Source: an uncultured delta proteobacterium
GTDB taxonomy: Bacteria; Desulfobacterota; Syntrophorhabdia; Syntrophorhabdales; WCHB1-27
Reading direction: 5' to 3'
DNA length: 64,000 bases
Assembly: GCA_963810935.1 (NCBI GenBank)
Contig: CAWEPK010000005.1
Location: 64,001 to 128,000, forward strand
The first letter of the stretch is position 1, and each line of letters opens with the position of its first letter. The notes below the pieces were generated by a model that saw nothing but the letters and a program-made list of their open reading frames with translations, was not told the origin of the DNA and made no database searches. A program made the position numbers and the translations under genes. Below, piece by piece: positions 49,513-60,229 of this stretch.

Positions 49513-50817
49513 TTACTTGCCATAGAAGACCGAGGGCAGCCAGAGGGCAAGCTGGGGAAAGACGAACATAAGGCCCCAGACAAAGACTAAAGAGAGCAGG
49601 AACGGGGCCACGCCTCTGTATATGCGGCCCATCGGCTCCTTCGTGATGTTCTTTACGACGAAGACGCAGACTGCGACAGGCGGGATGACAACCCCGATCA
49701 TGACGACTACGCCGATCACTATGCCGAACCATAACGGGCTGAAGCCGAGCTTTAAGACGGCCGGATAGAAGATCGGGGTCGCAAGGATCATAAAGGCCAG
49801 ATCGTCGATAAAGGAGCCCCCCAGCTCGTAGACAAAGCAGATGAGTATCATGATTACGTACCGGTTCAGGGGCAGGGAGACTATCCAGTCGGCCACGGCC
49901 TGGGGTATGTTGGTCACTGCGATGAAGTGGCCGAGTATGGTCGAGCCTGCGATCAGCATCAGGATCATGCCTGCCGTGCGGGTGGCCTCGGCAAGCGAGA
50001 GGACGTACTTCTTGAAGTTCATGTTACGGGTGACTATCGATAGGATGAAGATGGCGAAGGTGCCTACTGCGCCCGCTTCCGTAGGCGTGAAGTAGCCGGC
50101 CATCATGCCGCCCACGACGAGGAAGAAGACGAGGACGATCCAGACGACCTCCGGCAGGCTCCTTGCCCTATCTGCCCAGCTCGACCTCGCGGACAATGGT
50201 GCGGCCTTCGGGTATATCTTGGCCCACCCGTATATGATGAAAAGGAAGAGGAAGGCGATCAGGAAGCCCGGGATCATGCCTGCCAGAAAGAGCTGGCCTA
50301 TCGACTGCTCGGTCAATATGCCGAATATGATGAGGACGACGGAGGGAGGGATTATGCAGCCCAAGCTTCCGACCGTTGCGACGATGCCGGTCGAGAGCCT
50401 CCTGTCGTAGCCGAAGCGGTCCATCTCGGGGACTGCGACGGCAGCGAAGGTGGCCGAGGTCGCGGCCGACGAGCCGCAGATCGCCTTGAACCCCGTGGCG
50501 CCTATGACGGTCGCCATGGCGAGGCCGCCCGGGATGTGGCCAACGAACTTATTGGCGGCCGAATAGAGTCTGACCGCAATGCCGGCGTTGAAGCCTATCT
50601 GGCCCATGAGGATGAACAGGGGGAAGACCGTGTAGCCGTAGTTCGTGATGACGTCGTAGACGTCCCTTCCAAGTAAGTTCATTGCGGCTGATAAGCCGTT
50701 GAAGTAAGCGAAGCCGCAGAAGCCGACCGCGGCCATGGCGAACCCCAGCTCTATGCCCGTAGAGAAAAGGGCCAGAAGGATGACGAGCGCGACGATGCCT
50801 ATAGTTATCTCATTCAT
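49513..50817 (-). CDS. dctM: TRAP transporter large permease
   Basis: PLFILMG, GSSAAT, IIPPS, FTPTEAG. Confidence 0.92.
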   Translation of the reverse strand: MNEITIGIVALVILLALFSTGIELGFAMAAVGFCGFAYFNGLSAAMNLLGRDVYDVITNYGYTVFPLFILMGQIGFNAGIAVRLYSAANKFVGHIPGGLAMATVIGATGFKAICGSSAATSATFAAVAVPEMDRFGYDRRLSTGIVATVGSLGCIIPPSVVLIIFGILTEQSIGQLFLAGMIPGFLIAFLFLFIIYGWAKIYPKAAPLSARSSWADRARSLPEVVWIVLVFFLVVGGMMAGYFTPTEAGAVGTFAIFILSIVTRNMNFKKYVLSLAEATRTAGMILMLIAGSTILGHFIAVTNIPQAVADWIVSLPLNRYVIMILICFVYELGGSFIDDLAFMILATPIFYPAVLKLGFSPLWFGIVIGVVVMIGVVIPPVAVCVFVVKNITKEPMGRIYRGVAPFLLSLVFVWGLMFVFPQLALWLPSVFYGK

Positions 50818-51295
50818 AATGGCCCCTCCAGATCTTCACGAGCTGCGAGATGAAGACCACACATTCTATGAAGCAGCAGACCCCCACCGCGTAGGCTATC
50901 GGGTAGAAGGGGAGCCTGATCGTAGGAGAGACCTCGCCTGACGTATGGAACTCTGCGCCTATGCTGAACAGGTTGTAGGAGATAAGGATGAAAAGGCAGA
51001 GGCAGATCAATCTCGTGAACGTGTTTAGGACGGCCTTGGCCTTCATGCCGACCTTCTCCAGGACTATCTCCATGTAGACGTGGCTCTTATCCAAAGAGAC
51101 CCTGGGGATGCCGAACCCTATGACGAGGGCGAGTGCAAGGCTGACTACTTCGTAGGTGCCGACGAGCGGGTGGCCGAGGGCACGGCAGACAATGTCGGCG
51201 ACGGTAAGAAACATCATGAAGGTAAGGGCGGCGCTGGCAACGACGTTAAGCACCGCCTTGCAAACCCTCAGGAAAAGGTCGAGAGCGTTTTCCAT
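50810..51295 (-). CDS. dctQ: TRAP transporter small permease
   Basis: Four TM helices; first gene of the Q-M-P cluster. Confidence 0.85.
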   Translation of the reverse strand: MENALDLFLRVCKAVLNVVASAALTFMMFLTVADIVCRALGHPLVGTYEVVSLALALVIGFGIPRVSLDKSHVYMEIVLEKVGMKAKAVLNTFTRLICLCLFILISYNLFSIGAEFHTSGEVSPTIRLPFYPIAYAVGVCCFIECVVFISQLVKIWRGHYE

Positions 51296-51542
51296 TGAAT
51301 CCCCCTCTTTAAGTCCATGTTACAGACTATCATTCATGAAAATCGCGTCGATGGCTCGAATGTAGCGGCTTAGCTCGTGCAGAACATCGGAAACCTCCCG
51401 TACCATGCACCACGCGTAACTCCAATTGCCCGATTAAGCAGGGCTTAGTGAGATAATATGCGGCGCCGGCCCCTCAAAGTACGGCCATTTTACTCAATAA
51501 AATGGCGTTTCTTCTAATTGTTGCCTTTTTAGGAAAAGATTG

Positions 51543-51800
51543 TCAAGAGAAATCTCGGAGTACCTTTTCGACCTCGTCTTCGGGGAGAGGAATGGAGATT
51601 ATTTTCCTTCTGTCCTTACGGCCGGATACGATGGCGACGTCGCGTTTCTTCAGCCCGAAGGTCTCCGCCACGTAGTCGATCAGCTCTTCGTTGGCCCTGC
51701 CCTTCTCCGGCCTGGCCGTGAGTCTTATGGTGATACGGCCGCCGTCAATGCGCATCCCGCGCTTCCCGGCGCCTGTAATCACCTTGACTTCGAGGTTCAC
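51543..51800 (-). CDS. DUF167/YggU family protein
   Basis: P-x2-GRANEEL motif; follows yggT. Confidence 0.85.
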   Translation of the reverse strand: MNLEVKVITGAGKRGMRIDGGRITIRLTARPEKGRANEELIDYVAETFGLKKRDVAIVSGRKDRRKIISIPLPEDEVEKVLRDFS

Positions 51801-52096
51801 CTCAGCTTGTTTCCGAGATCGACGATGACGCGGACGAGGAACGCCTGGGCGAACCAGATGAGCGCGATCAGTATGATGGGCGATACATCGACCATGCCGA
51901 TCCGCGTAGGTATGATCCGCGAGATGCGGTAGGTGATAGGATCGACGAGGTTGGTTATAAACCTGACGATGGGATTATACGGGTCGGGCCTCACCCAGGA
52001 AAGCAGTGCGCGCACTATCACGACAAGCATGTATATGCTGAGCAGCTTATCGATGATAATGCCGATTGCGACCAGCAAGTCCCCGGCTACGAACAT
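51797..52096 (-). CDS. yggT: YggT family membrane protein
   Basis: LLSWVRPDPYNP, DVSPI. Confidence 0.88.
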   Translation of the reverse strand: MFVAGDLLVAIGIIIDKLLSIYMLVVIVRALLSWVRPDPYNPIVRFITNLVDPITYRISRIIPTRIGMVDVSPIILIALIWFAQAFLVRVIVDLGNKLR

Positions 52097-53355
52097 ACCG
52101 GCTCTCCCATCAGTCTCCCCTCCTGCATGTCCTCTATTGTAACGTCAACGAGATTATTTTCAAGCATTTTCTCATAAGGGATGTAGACGGGCAGGTAATT
52201 GTCCGTGAAGCCCCTCATGAGCCTGCCCCTGTAAACCTTGCCTTCAGGGACGATGCGCACCGTCCTGCCGACGTGGCCGCGCATGAAGGTATCCCTCTTT
52301 CGCGCGTCCACCGCTTTGAGAATCTTCGCGCGCCTTCTTTTGACCCCTTCCGGCACCTTGCCTTGAAAGGTGGACGCCCTGGCGCCTTCCCTGTCGGAAT
52401 AGGGAAAAACGTGGAGGTAGGAAACGTCGAGCTCCTCGACCATCCGCAGAGTCGCCGTGAAATCCTCCTCGTCCTCACCGGGAAAGCCCACCATGATGTC
52501 CATGCCTATGCCTATGTCCGGCATGCTGGTTTTAAGCCTTCCTGCGATCTCGCGTATGGTGGATGCGGAGTAGGCCCTGCCCATTGCCGCGAGGATCCTG
52601 TCCGACCCGCTCTGCACGGGGATATGGATGCTTTTCGCGATCTTGCCTGAAGCGGCGATAACCGGGACCAGGCCGTCTATGTAGCCCGGGTCCACCGAGC
52701 TTAAGCGGATCCTTGGCGGGGTCGGCCGCCGCTCCAGGGATACGAGCAGCTCTTTCAGTCCCATTTTCGATGCGGGATCGCGCCAGGCGGCCAGATCGAT
52801 GCCTGTAAGGACCACTTCCTTGATGCCCCGTGTCGCCAGCGCATCCATTATATCTGCGACCTCTTCTGCCGGGCGCGACCTGACGGGCCCTCTCGCGAAA
52901 GGGACGATGCAGTAACTGCAGAAATGGTTGCAGCCGTCCTGTATCTTGAAGAAGAACCTCGTCCGGTCCTTCCCTACGCCGTCCACGTACGCCTGCTCGA
53001 TCGTCACATCCCGCGCAGGCCCGACGAAGCGGCCTGCCCCGGACAAATACCTTGCGGCATCGAATTTCTCCGCCTGGCCGAGCACTATGTCCGCCCCGAA
53101 ATCCCGCAATGGATATACCTGCGCATGGCAGCCGACGAGGGCGATACGGGCCTGCGGGTTGGCGTCCCTGGCCTTCCTGATGAAGCGCTTTGCGTCGACC
53201 TCCGCCCTGCCTGTAAGCGAGCAGGCGTTCACGACAACCAGGTCTGCCTGCCCGGCCGCGGCGAGGGTAAGCCCTGCATCCTCAAGCCTTTTTTCGATAA
53301 TGCGGGAATCCCATTGGTTGGCTTTGCACCCGGAGGTAAAGACAAAAAACGTCAA
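52087..53355 (-). CDS. mtaB: Radical-SAM tRNA methylthiotransferase (MtaB-like)
   Basis: GCKANQWD, KIQDGCNHFCSYC, HVFPYS. Confidence 0.85.
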   Translation of the reverse strand: MTFFVFTSGCKANQWDSRIIEKRLEDAGLTLAAAGQADLVVVNACSLTGRAEVDAKRFIRKARDANPQARIALVGCHAQVYPLRDFGADIVLGQAEKFDAARYLSGAGRFVGPARDVTIEQAYVDGVGKDRTRFFFKIQDGCNHFCSYCIVPFARGPVRSRPAEEVADIMDALATRGIKEVVLTGIDLAAWRDPASKMGLKELLVSLERRPTPPRIRLSSVDPGYIDGLVPVIAASGKIAKSIHIPVQSGSDRILAAMGRAYSASTIREIAGRLKTSMPDIGIGMDIMVGFPGEDEEDFTATLRMVEELDVSYLHVFPYSDREGARASTFQGKVPEGVKRRRAKILKAVDARKRDTFMRGHVGRTVRIVPEGKVYRGRLMRGFTDNYLPVYIPYEKMLENNLVDVTIEDMQEGRLMGEPVCS

Positions 53356-53359
53356 ACCC

Positions 53360-54526
53360 CTATCCCTTCTTCATGTAAAAAGGCGACATCTCGCGGAGCC
53401 GCGCCGCGACTGCGGGGATTGCGTCGAGGGCATAGTCGATGTCTTCATCGGTGCTTTCCCGGCCCAGGCTCATCCGGAGGGCGCTCTGGCAGACTTCCGG
53501 CTCTATGCCCATGCCGAGGAGCACATGCGAAGGCTCCGTGCTGCCCGACGAACAGGCCGAGCCCGCAGAGACTGCGATGCCGGCAAGGTCGAGACCGATG
53601 AGCATCGATTCGGCCTCGATGAACGCAAAGCTTAGGTTGAGCGTATTGGGGAGGCGCTTCTCCTCGTCCCCGTTCAGTTGGATATCGCCGACCTTTTCCA
53701 TTAAACCAGCCAGGAGCCTGCCCCTGAGGCTCTCGATTTTTGCATTCTCCGACGCCATGTCGCGCGCCATTATCTCGCACGCTTTTCCCAAAGCGGCTAT
53801 ACCCACCATGTTCTCCGTCCCGGCCCTTCTTCCTCCCTCCTGGTGTCCACCGTGGATTAGGTTGTCTATCTCGAGACCCTCCCTGATGTAGAGCACGCCG
53901 ACGCCCTTCGGTGCGTAGACCTTATGGCCGGAGAACGACGCGAAATCGACATTAAGCTCCGCCACGTCGATATCGAGCTTCCCCATAGCCTGGACCATGT
54001 CCGAGTGGAAGAGCACCCCCGCCTCCCGGCAGACGGCGCCTATCTCCCTTATGGGAAGCACGGTGCCTGTCTCGTTGTTCGCGAGCATGATGGAGACGAG
54101 GACCGTCTCCTTCCTTATGGCTTTCCTGACGTCGGCCGGGTCTATCAGGCCGTTTCTGTCCGCCTGGAGGTAGGTCACGGGAAAACCTTTGCCCTCCAGG
54201 TATCGGCACGTGTTGAGCACCGCCGGATGTTCTATCCTGGTCGTAATGATGTGGTTACCCCTGCCGCTAAAGGCAGACGCAGTGCCGACGATTGCCTGGT
54301 TGTCCGCCTCGGTGCCTCCTGCCGTGAAGACGATCTCCTCCGGCTTTGCCTTGATAAAAGCGGCTACGCGGCTGCGCGCATCATCGATGTACGGCCTTGC
54401 GTCCCTGCCCGACCAGTGGATGCTGGACGGGTTGCCGAAGACCGGACCCAGAAGGGGCTGCACGAAAAGGGCCACGTCCGGGTGCGTCGGGGTGGTGGCG
54501 TTATAGTCGAAATAGACCCTGCGCAT
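53360..54526 (-). CDS. nifS: Cysteine desulfurase (NifS/IscS)
   Basis: YFDYNATT, GNPSS, SGHK, GSACSSG. Confidence 0.9.
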   Translation of the reverse strand: MRRVYFDYNATTPTHPDVALFVQPLLGPVFGNPSSIHWSGRDARPYIDDARSRVAAFIKAKPEEIVFTAGGTEADNQAIVGTASAFSGRGNHIITTRIEHPAVLNTCRYLEGKGFPVTYLQADRNGLIDPADVRKAIRKETVLVSIMLANNETGTVLPIREIGAVCREAGVLFHSDMVQAMGKLDIDVAELNVDFASFSGHKVYAPKGVGVLYIREGLEIDNLIHGGHQEGGRRAGTENMVGIAALGKACEIMARDMASENAKIESLRGRLLAGLMEKVGDIQLNGDEEKRLPNTLNLSFAFIEAESMLIGLDLAGIAVSAGSACSSGSTEPSHVLLGMGIEPEVCQSALRMSLGRESTDEDIDYALDAIPAVAARLREMSPFYMKKG

Positions 54527-54535
54527 AAATGCCCC

Positions 54536-54943
54536 TCATGTAAACCAGACTTGCATCGCCCTCACCGGGCACACCTTCACGCAAAGCTCACACGCTACGC
54601 ATTTCTCATAGTCGAACCGGACCCGCATGGTCTCCCTGTCGATGTCGAGCGCCTGCGGGGCGCAAACGCTTGTGCAGAGTCCGCAATGGACGCATTTATC
54701 CTCGTCCTTGCTGATGTCCTGGTCGATGTTCTCTATGGCCACTCCGATCTCCTGGAGGTAAGCGGTCCCTTTGTCGAAGTTTTTTTCCTCGCCTTCCACC
54801 TCCAGGACCATCATCGATTCCGCTCTCGGCGAGACGTTTGCCCGCAGGATCGTGTAGACGAGTTCGAAATCCTTGCCCAGGCGGTAGACAATCGGCTTGT
54901 CTATATCGTTCCTTTGAAATCTCAGGATTATCCTCTTTTTCAT
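54536..54943 (-). CDS. NIL-domain 2[4Fe-4S] ferredoxin
   Basis: N-terminal NIL-like segment plus two CxxCxxCxxxCP motifs. Confidence 0.85.
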   Translation of the reverse strand: MKKRIILRFQRNDIDKPIVYRLGKDFELVYTILRANVSPRAESMMVLEVEGEEKNFDKGTAYLQEIGVAIENIDQDISKDEDKCVHCGLCTSVCAPQALDIDRETMRVRFDYEKCVACELCVKVCPVRAMQVWFT

Positions 54944-54950
54944 TTGCCCC

Positions 54951-55673
54951 TCACAATGAGATTAAATCGACATCCCCCCAGGCGCCCAGGGTCTTGCCCA
55001 TGATAATGATAATGGCGCTGACGCCCGGAAACGCCTTGCCCTCTTCCACGGCGCCGGCGATGTCCTCTTCTTTATGTACGATATTTCCGAGCCTCGTTGC
55101 AAGACCATCGGAAAAAAGCGACGAGCGGCCGACAATGCAGACAGCGTCGGCCCGTCCGAAGCTGAGCGAAGGACCGACCGTGGCCGACGACGTGCAAATG
55201 CCGTATGCCTCTTCCGCTGCCTTAAGCTTCATGCCGATCTGCTCGCTGTAAGGCGAGTCCTTGGCATAGATCGATACCTTCCGCTCGTGCCGCGTCTTCA
55301 GGAAGATGTCGCCCCCGTTCTCTATAATGTATTCAGCCGATTTGGGCTCGACATCCCTTCCTATAAACTCGGCCACGGCCCCGGCCACGCAGGCCATCGG
55401 GCCGACGCCTGCTGACGATGAGGCCTCCAGCATCTCCCGGGCGATCCTCGGTGCGAGAGGGTCGGCCGCAAGAGGCGCAAGGCTGCTTGCGAACTCCGGC
55501 CTCTGACGGATGTACGCCTCAAGCTGGTTACGGTAGAAAAGCGTCCTTTCCTCTATGAAAACCTTCAGGTCCGTAGACGTGCAGCAGAAAAGGTCCGTCT
55601 CCTTACAGACGACTTCGTAGCAGACAAGGTCGGCAGGCCTCGATACGCGCCTGTAGGTGCGCTCTTCATACAT
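54951..55673 (-). CDS. UPF0280 (ApbE-like) protein
   Basis: [31 protein letters not shown]. Confidence 0.85.
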   Translation of the reverse strand: MYEERTYRRVSRPADLVCYEVVCKETDLFCCTSTDLKVFIEERTLFYRNQLEAYIRQRPEFASSLAPLAADPLAPRIAREMLEASSSAGVGPMACVAGAVAEFIGRDVEPKSAEYIIENGGDIFLKTRHERKVSIYAKDSPYSEQIGMKLKAAEEAYGICTSSATVGPSLSFGRADAVCIVGRSSLFSDGLATRLGNIVHKEEDIAGAVEEGKAFPGVSAIIIIMGKTLGAWGDVDLISL

Positions 55674-56328
55674 CGCCTTCTCGCTTCGCACTCTCGTCCT
55701 TCAGTTGGCCCAGCCGTTCCTCTACAAGCCGGACCCTGTCGAGGAGGGAGGCAATGGCCTTCCCTTGAGGGTCGGGCATGAACTCTGTATCGAGGGCTAT
55801 CCGCCTGTCGCCTTCAACCCTGAAGACGACCTTGCCCGGTATGCCCACCACGATGGAGTTCGGGGGGATGTCGTGGAGGACTACCGAATTGGCGCCTATG
55901 CGCGTGTTGTCCCCTATGTGCACGGGTCCGAGTATCTTTGCGCCCGCGCCCATAACCACGTGATTGCCGATGGTGGGGTGCCTTTTCCCCTTCTGCCACG
56001 TGGTCCCGCCGAGAGTCACGCCGTGGTACATCGTCACATCGTCGCCCACCTCTGCCGTCTCCCCGATAACGACGCCCATCCCGTGATCGATGAAGAACGA
56101 TTTGCCTATCTGCGCGCCGGGATGTATCTCTATCCCCGTGAAGAACCTCCCGATGTGCGAGACGAAGCGCCCCGCGACGCGCATCCCATGGCCCCAGAGC
56201 CAATGGGCGACGCGAAAGAAAAGGAGGGCATGGAAGCCTGGATAGGCGAGGAAAATCTCTACGACGCTCCTGGCCGCGGGGTCCCTCCGAAAGATCTCCC
56301 GCACGTCTTCTCTCACTCTTGATAGCAT
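55666..56328 (-). CDS. cysE: Serine O-acetyltransferase
   Basis: [31 protein letters not shown]. Confidence 0.95.
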   Translation of the reverse strand: MLSRVREDVREIFRRDPAARSVVEIFLAYPGFHALLFFRVAHWLWGHGMRVAGRFVSHIGRFFTGIEIHPGAQIGKSFFIDHGMGVVIGETAEVGDDVTMYHGVTLGGTTWQKGKRHPTIGNHVVMGAGAKILGPVHIGDNTRIGANSVVLHDIPPNSIVVGIPGKVVFRVEGDRRIALDTEFMPDPQGKAIASLLDRVRLVEERLGQLKDESAKREGDV

Positions 56329-56431
56329 CGGAATAGCCCTATTATACAACAATCTTGACCATCTTTGTCAACTTAGGGACGGGCAGGTTTTCGCGTTATG
56401 CGGCCGGGATTCTTCCGCGTTTTGTCTGTCT

Positions 56432-56515
56432 GAGCAACGGGGAAGGCTCCATGCGGCCGGGGCACCCGCCCGACGTAAGGAGGGAAGGGTCGCCTGGAGG
56501 GGGCGCTCAAGCCCC
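56432..56515 (+). repeat. REP-like family B copy 4, with expanded central insert
   Basis: GGGGAAGGCTCCA...TGGAGGGGGCGCTCAAGCCCC flanks match family B. Confidence 0.55.
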
Positions 56516-56576
56516 GATACTGTTGCTTTTTTCCCTTGAAAGCGTTACTTTTGTTTGTAGCACTTGGAAGAATATA

Positions 56577-57809
56577 GTGAAAAATATCCTCGCGATGATC
56601 CTGGCGGGCGGCCGGGTGGACGAGCTTGATGTGCTCACATTCCTGCGCCCAAAATCCGTCCTGCCCTTCGGTGCGCTTTACCGCATAATCGATTTCCCCA
56701 TGAGCAACCTGATGAACTCAGGCATCGAAAAGGTGGGCATCCTCTCCCAGTACAGGCCGTTCCATCTCATCAACCACATTGCCAACGGCCATCCGTGGGA
56801 CATGGTCGGCAGGAACAGGTTTGCACTCATCCTGCCGCCCTTCAAGGGGAAAGATGCGTCCGACTGGTACAAGGGCACGGCAGACGCGGTCTACCAGAAC
56901 ACCGACTTCATCAAGATGTACAACCCGGACCTCGTGCTCATACTGTCGGGCGACCACATCTACAAAATGGACTACCAGGCGGTAATAGATTTCCATATCG
57001 AGAAAAAGGCGGACCTCACCATCGCCTTCACCAGCGTCCCCAAGGAAGGGGCCGACCGCTTCGGCCAGGGCCTTATAGACGACGAGGAGCCGAGGGGCGG
57101 CCGGGTCGTCCGGTACGTCGAGAAACCGCGGAAGGCCCTTTTCGACTGGGCCTCACTGACGATCTATGTATTCAACCCCGGCGTCCTGTTCGAGGCCCTC
57201 GAAGAGAACGCCGGGAAAGAGTCGCACGAGTTCGGCCGTGACATCATACCCGCCCTGCTCGGCAGGGCCAGGATTTACGGATACAAGCACAGGGGCTACT
57301 GGGGCTACACGCGCACGCTCGAAGAGTACTGGCGGACCAGCATGGAGCTTTTGGGCGAGCGGCCGAAGATCGACCTCGACGCATGGCAGCTAAGGACCAA
57401 CCTCGCACACAAGGAGATAAGGGACAGGCAGCCTGCCATCCTAGGCCCCTCTGCCGCAGTCGAGGACTCTTTGCTCAACCTCGGATGCGACGTGAGAGGC
57501 AAGGTCTTTCGCTCCCTTCTTTTCCCCGGTGTGAAGGTCGAGAAGGGCGCAGTGGTGGAGGATTCGATACTCTTCTTCGACACCGTGGTAGGCAAGGAAG
57601 CCAGGGTCTCAAGGACGATTACGGACATAGGCGTCCGCATAGGACCGCAGGCGCGGATCGGTGACGCGGACGGAGAGCTTTCTGTCATAGGGACCGAAAG
57701 CGATGTGCCTGGCGGGGTGACGATGCGGTCAGGGGTGACCGTCTACCCGAGGGTGGAGTCCGGCCGCTTCACGAGAAGCGAATACAAAAGCGGCGAGATC
57801 ATAAAATGA
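56577..57809 (+). CDS. Glucose-1-phosphate adenylyltransferase family protein (divergent, GlgD-like)
   Basis: LAGGRVDEL in place of GGxGxRL, WYKGTADAV, SGDHIY, hexapeptide C-terminus. Confidence 0.85.
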   Translation: MKNILAMILAGGRVDELDVLTFLRPKSVLPFGALYRIIDFPMSNLMNSGIEKVGILSQYRPFHLINHIANGHPWDMVGRNRFALILPPFKGKDASDWYKGTADAVYQNTDFIKMYNPDLVLILSGDHIYKMDYQAVIDFHIEKKADLTIAFTSVPKEGADRFGQGLIDDEEPRGGRVVRYVEKPRKALFDWASLTIYVFNPGVLFEALEENAGKESHEFGRDIIPALLGRARIYGYKHRGYWGYTRTLEEYWRTSMELLGERPKIDLDAWQLRTNLAHKEIRDRQPAILGPSAAVEDSLLNLGCDVRGKVFRSLLFPGVKVEKGAVVEDSILFFDTVVGKEARVSRTITDIGVRIGPQARIGDADGELSVIGTESDVPGGVTMRSGVTVYPRVESGRFTRSEYKSGEIIK

Positions 57810-59062
57810 GGAACGTTGTGGCGCTCCTTCTTGCCGGAGGCGTCGGCAGCAGGCTGAACGTTCTGGTGCAGTACAGGGCGAAGCCCGCAGTCCCCTTCGG
57901 CGGCATCTATCGCATAATCGATTTCACTTTGAGCAATATAGCGAACAGCGGCCTGACGCGCGTGGCAGTCCTCACGCAATACAAGCCTTTGTCCCTTATG
58001 GACCACATAGGTGACGGGTCGGCATGGGACATGGCGGGCAGGACGCGGGGCATAAGCATACTTCCCCCAAAGACCGGAGAAAAAGACTGGGACTGGTACA
58101 AGGGCACGGCAGACGCGGTGCGGCAGAACCTGAACTTCGTCTCTTCGGAACGGTACAGCGAGGTGCTCGTGTTGTCGGGCGACCACGTTTACTGCATGGA
58201 CTACGGGCCGCTCCTCGCCTTCCACAGGGAGCGTAAGGCGAGCGTCACCATCGGGATGATACCCGTGGCGCCGGAAGAGACGCGCCACTTCGGCACGGCT
58301 ACGCTGGACAAGGACAGAAAGATCGTCGACTGGCAGGAAAAGGCGGCTAAGGCACGGTCGAACCTGGCCTCCATGGGCATTTACGTCTTCGACAGGCAAT
58401 ACCTGACCGCGACCCTGACGAAGACCAAGGAAGAGGATTTCGGGAAGCAGATTATCCCCAGGGCCTTAAAAGAGGCCCACGTCTACGGTTATCCTTTCGA
58501 GGGATACTGGAGGGACGTGGGGACGATTCAGGCTTACTGGGATGCGAACATGGACCTTTTGAGGGCCGATTCCGGGCTGACGCCCGAGGCCTGCGACATA
58601 CGGACGAACCATACTGCCGAGGCGCTGCCGTATGACCGCTCGCCTGTGCGGATAAGCGCCTCCGCGCGCGCGGTCAACTCCGCCGTCTCGCCCGGCTGCA
58701 TCGTCTCCGGTACAGTCGAAGGCTCGGTCCTCTCTCCGGGCGTCGTGATCGAAAGGGGCGCGTTCGTGAAAGACTCGATCATTATGCACGATACGGTCAT
58801 CAGGCAGGGGGCGCACATAGAGCGCTCGGTACTGGACAAGGAGATCGTTGTCGGTGAAAATGCGGTTATCGGCAGCGGAGACGCAAAACGACCGAATGCG
58901 CGCTTCCCCGACCACCTTTATTCGGGCCTTACGCTGATCGGCAAGAAGGCGTCGATACCGGCCGACGCCCGTATCGGAACCAATTGCATCGTCTTCCCTC
59001 TGGTCGGAGAAAAAGGCCTGCGCCACCTCAACCTCGCGGACGGCGGGACGGTCGAGAAATAA
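57806..59062 (+). CDS. glgC: Glucose-1-phosphate adenylyltransferase
   Basis: LAGGVGSRL, RAKPAVPFGG, SGDHVY, ASMGIY, YWRDVGT. Confidence 0.92.
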   Translation: MRNVVALLLAGGVGSRLNVLVQYRAKPAVPFGGIYRIIDFTLSNIANSGLTRVAVLTQYKPLSLMDHIGDGSAWDMAGRTRGISILPPKTGEKDWDWYKGTADAVRQNLNFVSSERYSEVLVLSGDHVYCMDYGPLLAFHRERKASVTIGMIPVAPEETRHFGTATLDKDRKIVDWQEKAAKARSNLASMGIYVFDRQYLTATLTKTKEEDFGKQIIPRALKEAHVYGYPFEGYWRDVGTIQAYWDANMDLLRADSGLTPEACDIRTNHTAEALPYDRSPVRISASARAVNSAVSPGCIVSGTVEGSVLSPGVVIERGAFVKDSIIMHDTVIRQGAHIERSVLDKEIVVGENAVIGSGDAKRPNARFPDHLYSGLTLIGKKASIPADARIGTNCIVFPLVGEKGLRHLNLADGGTVEK

Positions 59063-59089
59063 CAAGGCCCCGCTGCCCCTTTCGCCCTT

Positions 59090-60055
59090 TTATTTCCTGA
59101 AATCGAGAAGGACTTTGACGCTGTCGGGCTCTTCCGCTTTTTCGAAGGCGAAAGAAGCATCTTCTAAACGATATACGGCGGACACCAGGCGCTTCACGGC
59201 TACCCGGCCGGACGCAAGGGCGTCGATGGCAGGCGCGAAGGGGCCGCACCGCGACCCCACGATGACGATCTCATCGACGACGACCCTCGACGTGTCAATC
59301 TCGGTCCCGGCAGCCACTGTGCTCTTCAGCACTATCGTCCCGGCCGGCTTTACGAAATCGAGGGCCGCTTCCAGCCCCGCCGCCGAGCCGGTCGCCTCGA
59401 CAACTATATCGTAGTCTCTTGTCTTCTTTATCTCGTCGATTTTCCTGGTCCTTATCCCCTCCGCGGATGCAAGGGCCAGCTTACCAGCGTGCCTGCCGCA
59501 TAACGTCACGTCTGCCACGCAACCTTTTAAGGCAAAAGCCGTGAGAAGGCCCAGGCACCCGTCACCCAGTATAAGGACACGCGACGCGGGCCTGATATGG
59601 ACCTGCTCTGTCACCCGGAATGCTGCGGCTAGGGGCTCGACGAAGACGGCCTCTTCGTCGGTAAGCCGATCGGGCACCACGTGCAGGTTCTTGATGGGAA
59701 GCGCCGCATATTCGGCGAAGACGCCGTCCCTGCCCGCTATCCCGAGGGCCGACCTGTCCGGGCAATGTTTCTCCATGCCTCCCAGGCAGTACGCGCACGT
59801 CCCGCAGCCGCAGTTGATCTCGCCTACGACCCGTTTGCCTACAAGATCGGGACGCGCAGGACCGGTCCGCTCGACGACCCCGATAAATTCGTGGCCAGGT
59901 ACGCCCCGGAAGCCCCTGTATCCTTTCAGGACCTCCCTGTCCGTCCCGCAGATGCCCGCCATCGCTACCCGCACAAGGGCCTCGCCCGGCCGCACTTGCG
60001 GCCGGGCTGCACGGTAATCGAGCCTCAGTCTCCCATCGAAAAAAAGCGCCTTCAT
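59090..60055 (-). CDS. Zn-dependent alcohol dehydrogenase (MDR family)
   Basis: GICGTD, GHEF, CGTCAYC...HC, EPLA. Confidence 0.9.
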   Translation of the reverse strand: MKALFFDGRLRLDYRAARPQVRPGEALVRVAMAGICGTDREVLKGYRGFRGVPGHEFIGVVERTGPARPDLVGKRVVGEINCGCGTCAYCLGGMEKHCPDRSALGIAGRDGVFAEYAALPIKNLHVVPDRLTDEEAVFVEPLAAAFRVTEQVHIRPASRVLILGDGCLGLLTAFALKGCVADVTLCGRHAGKLALASAEGIRTRKIDEIKKTRDYDIVVEATGSAAGLEAALDFVKPAGTIVLKSTVAAGTEIDTSRVVVDEIVIVGSRCGPFAPAIDALASGRVAVKRLVSAVYRLEDASFAFEKAEEPDSVKVLLDFRK

Positions 60056-60229
60056 ACGAAGTCTACGTTATCACAGCCCCTTTCGGACCTCAAGCCAAAA
60101 AACCCCGAATAATTGATGCTCTGCCTTTTTCGTTTGTTATAATAGCGTTCAAGGGCCGAAAATCTCGCGCGACCGGCAAAAAATGATTACACTGTATAGA
60201 CGGAACAAGAAAAAGTGCCCGGAGGACGC

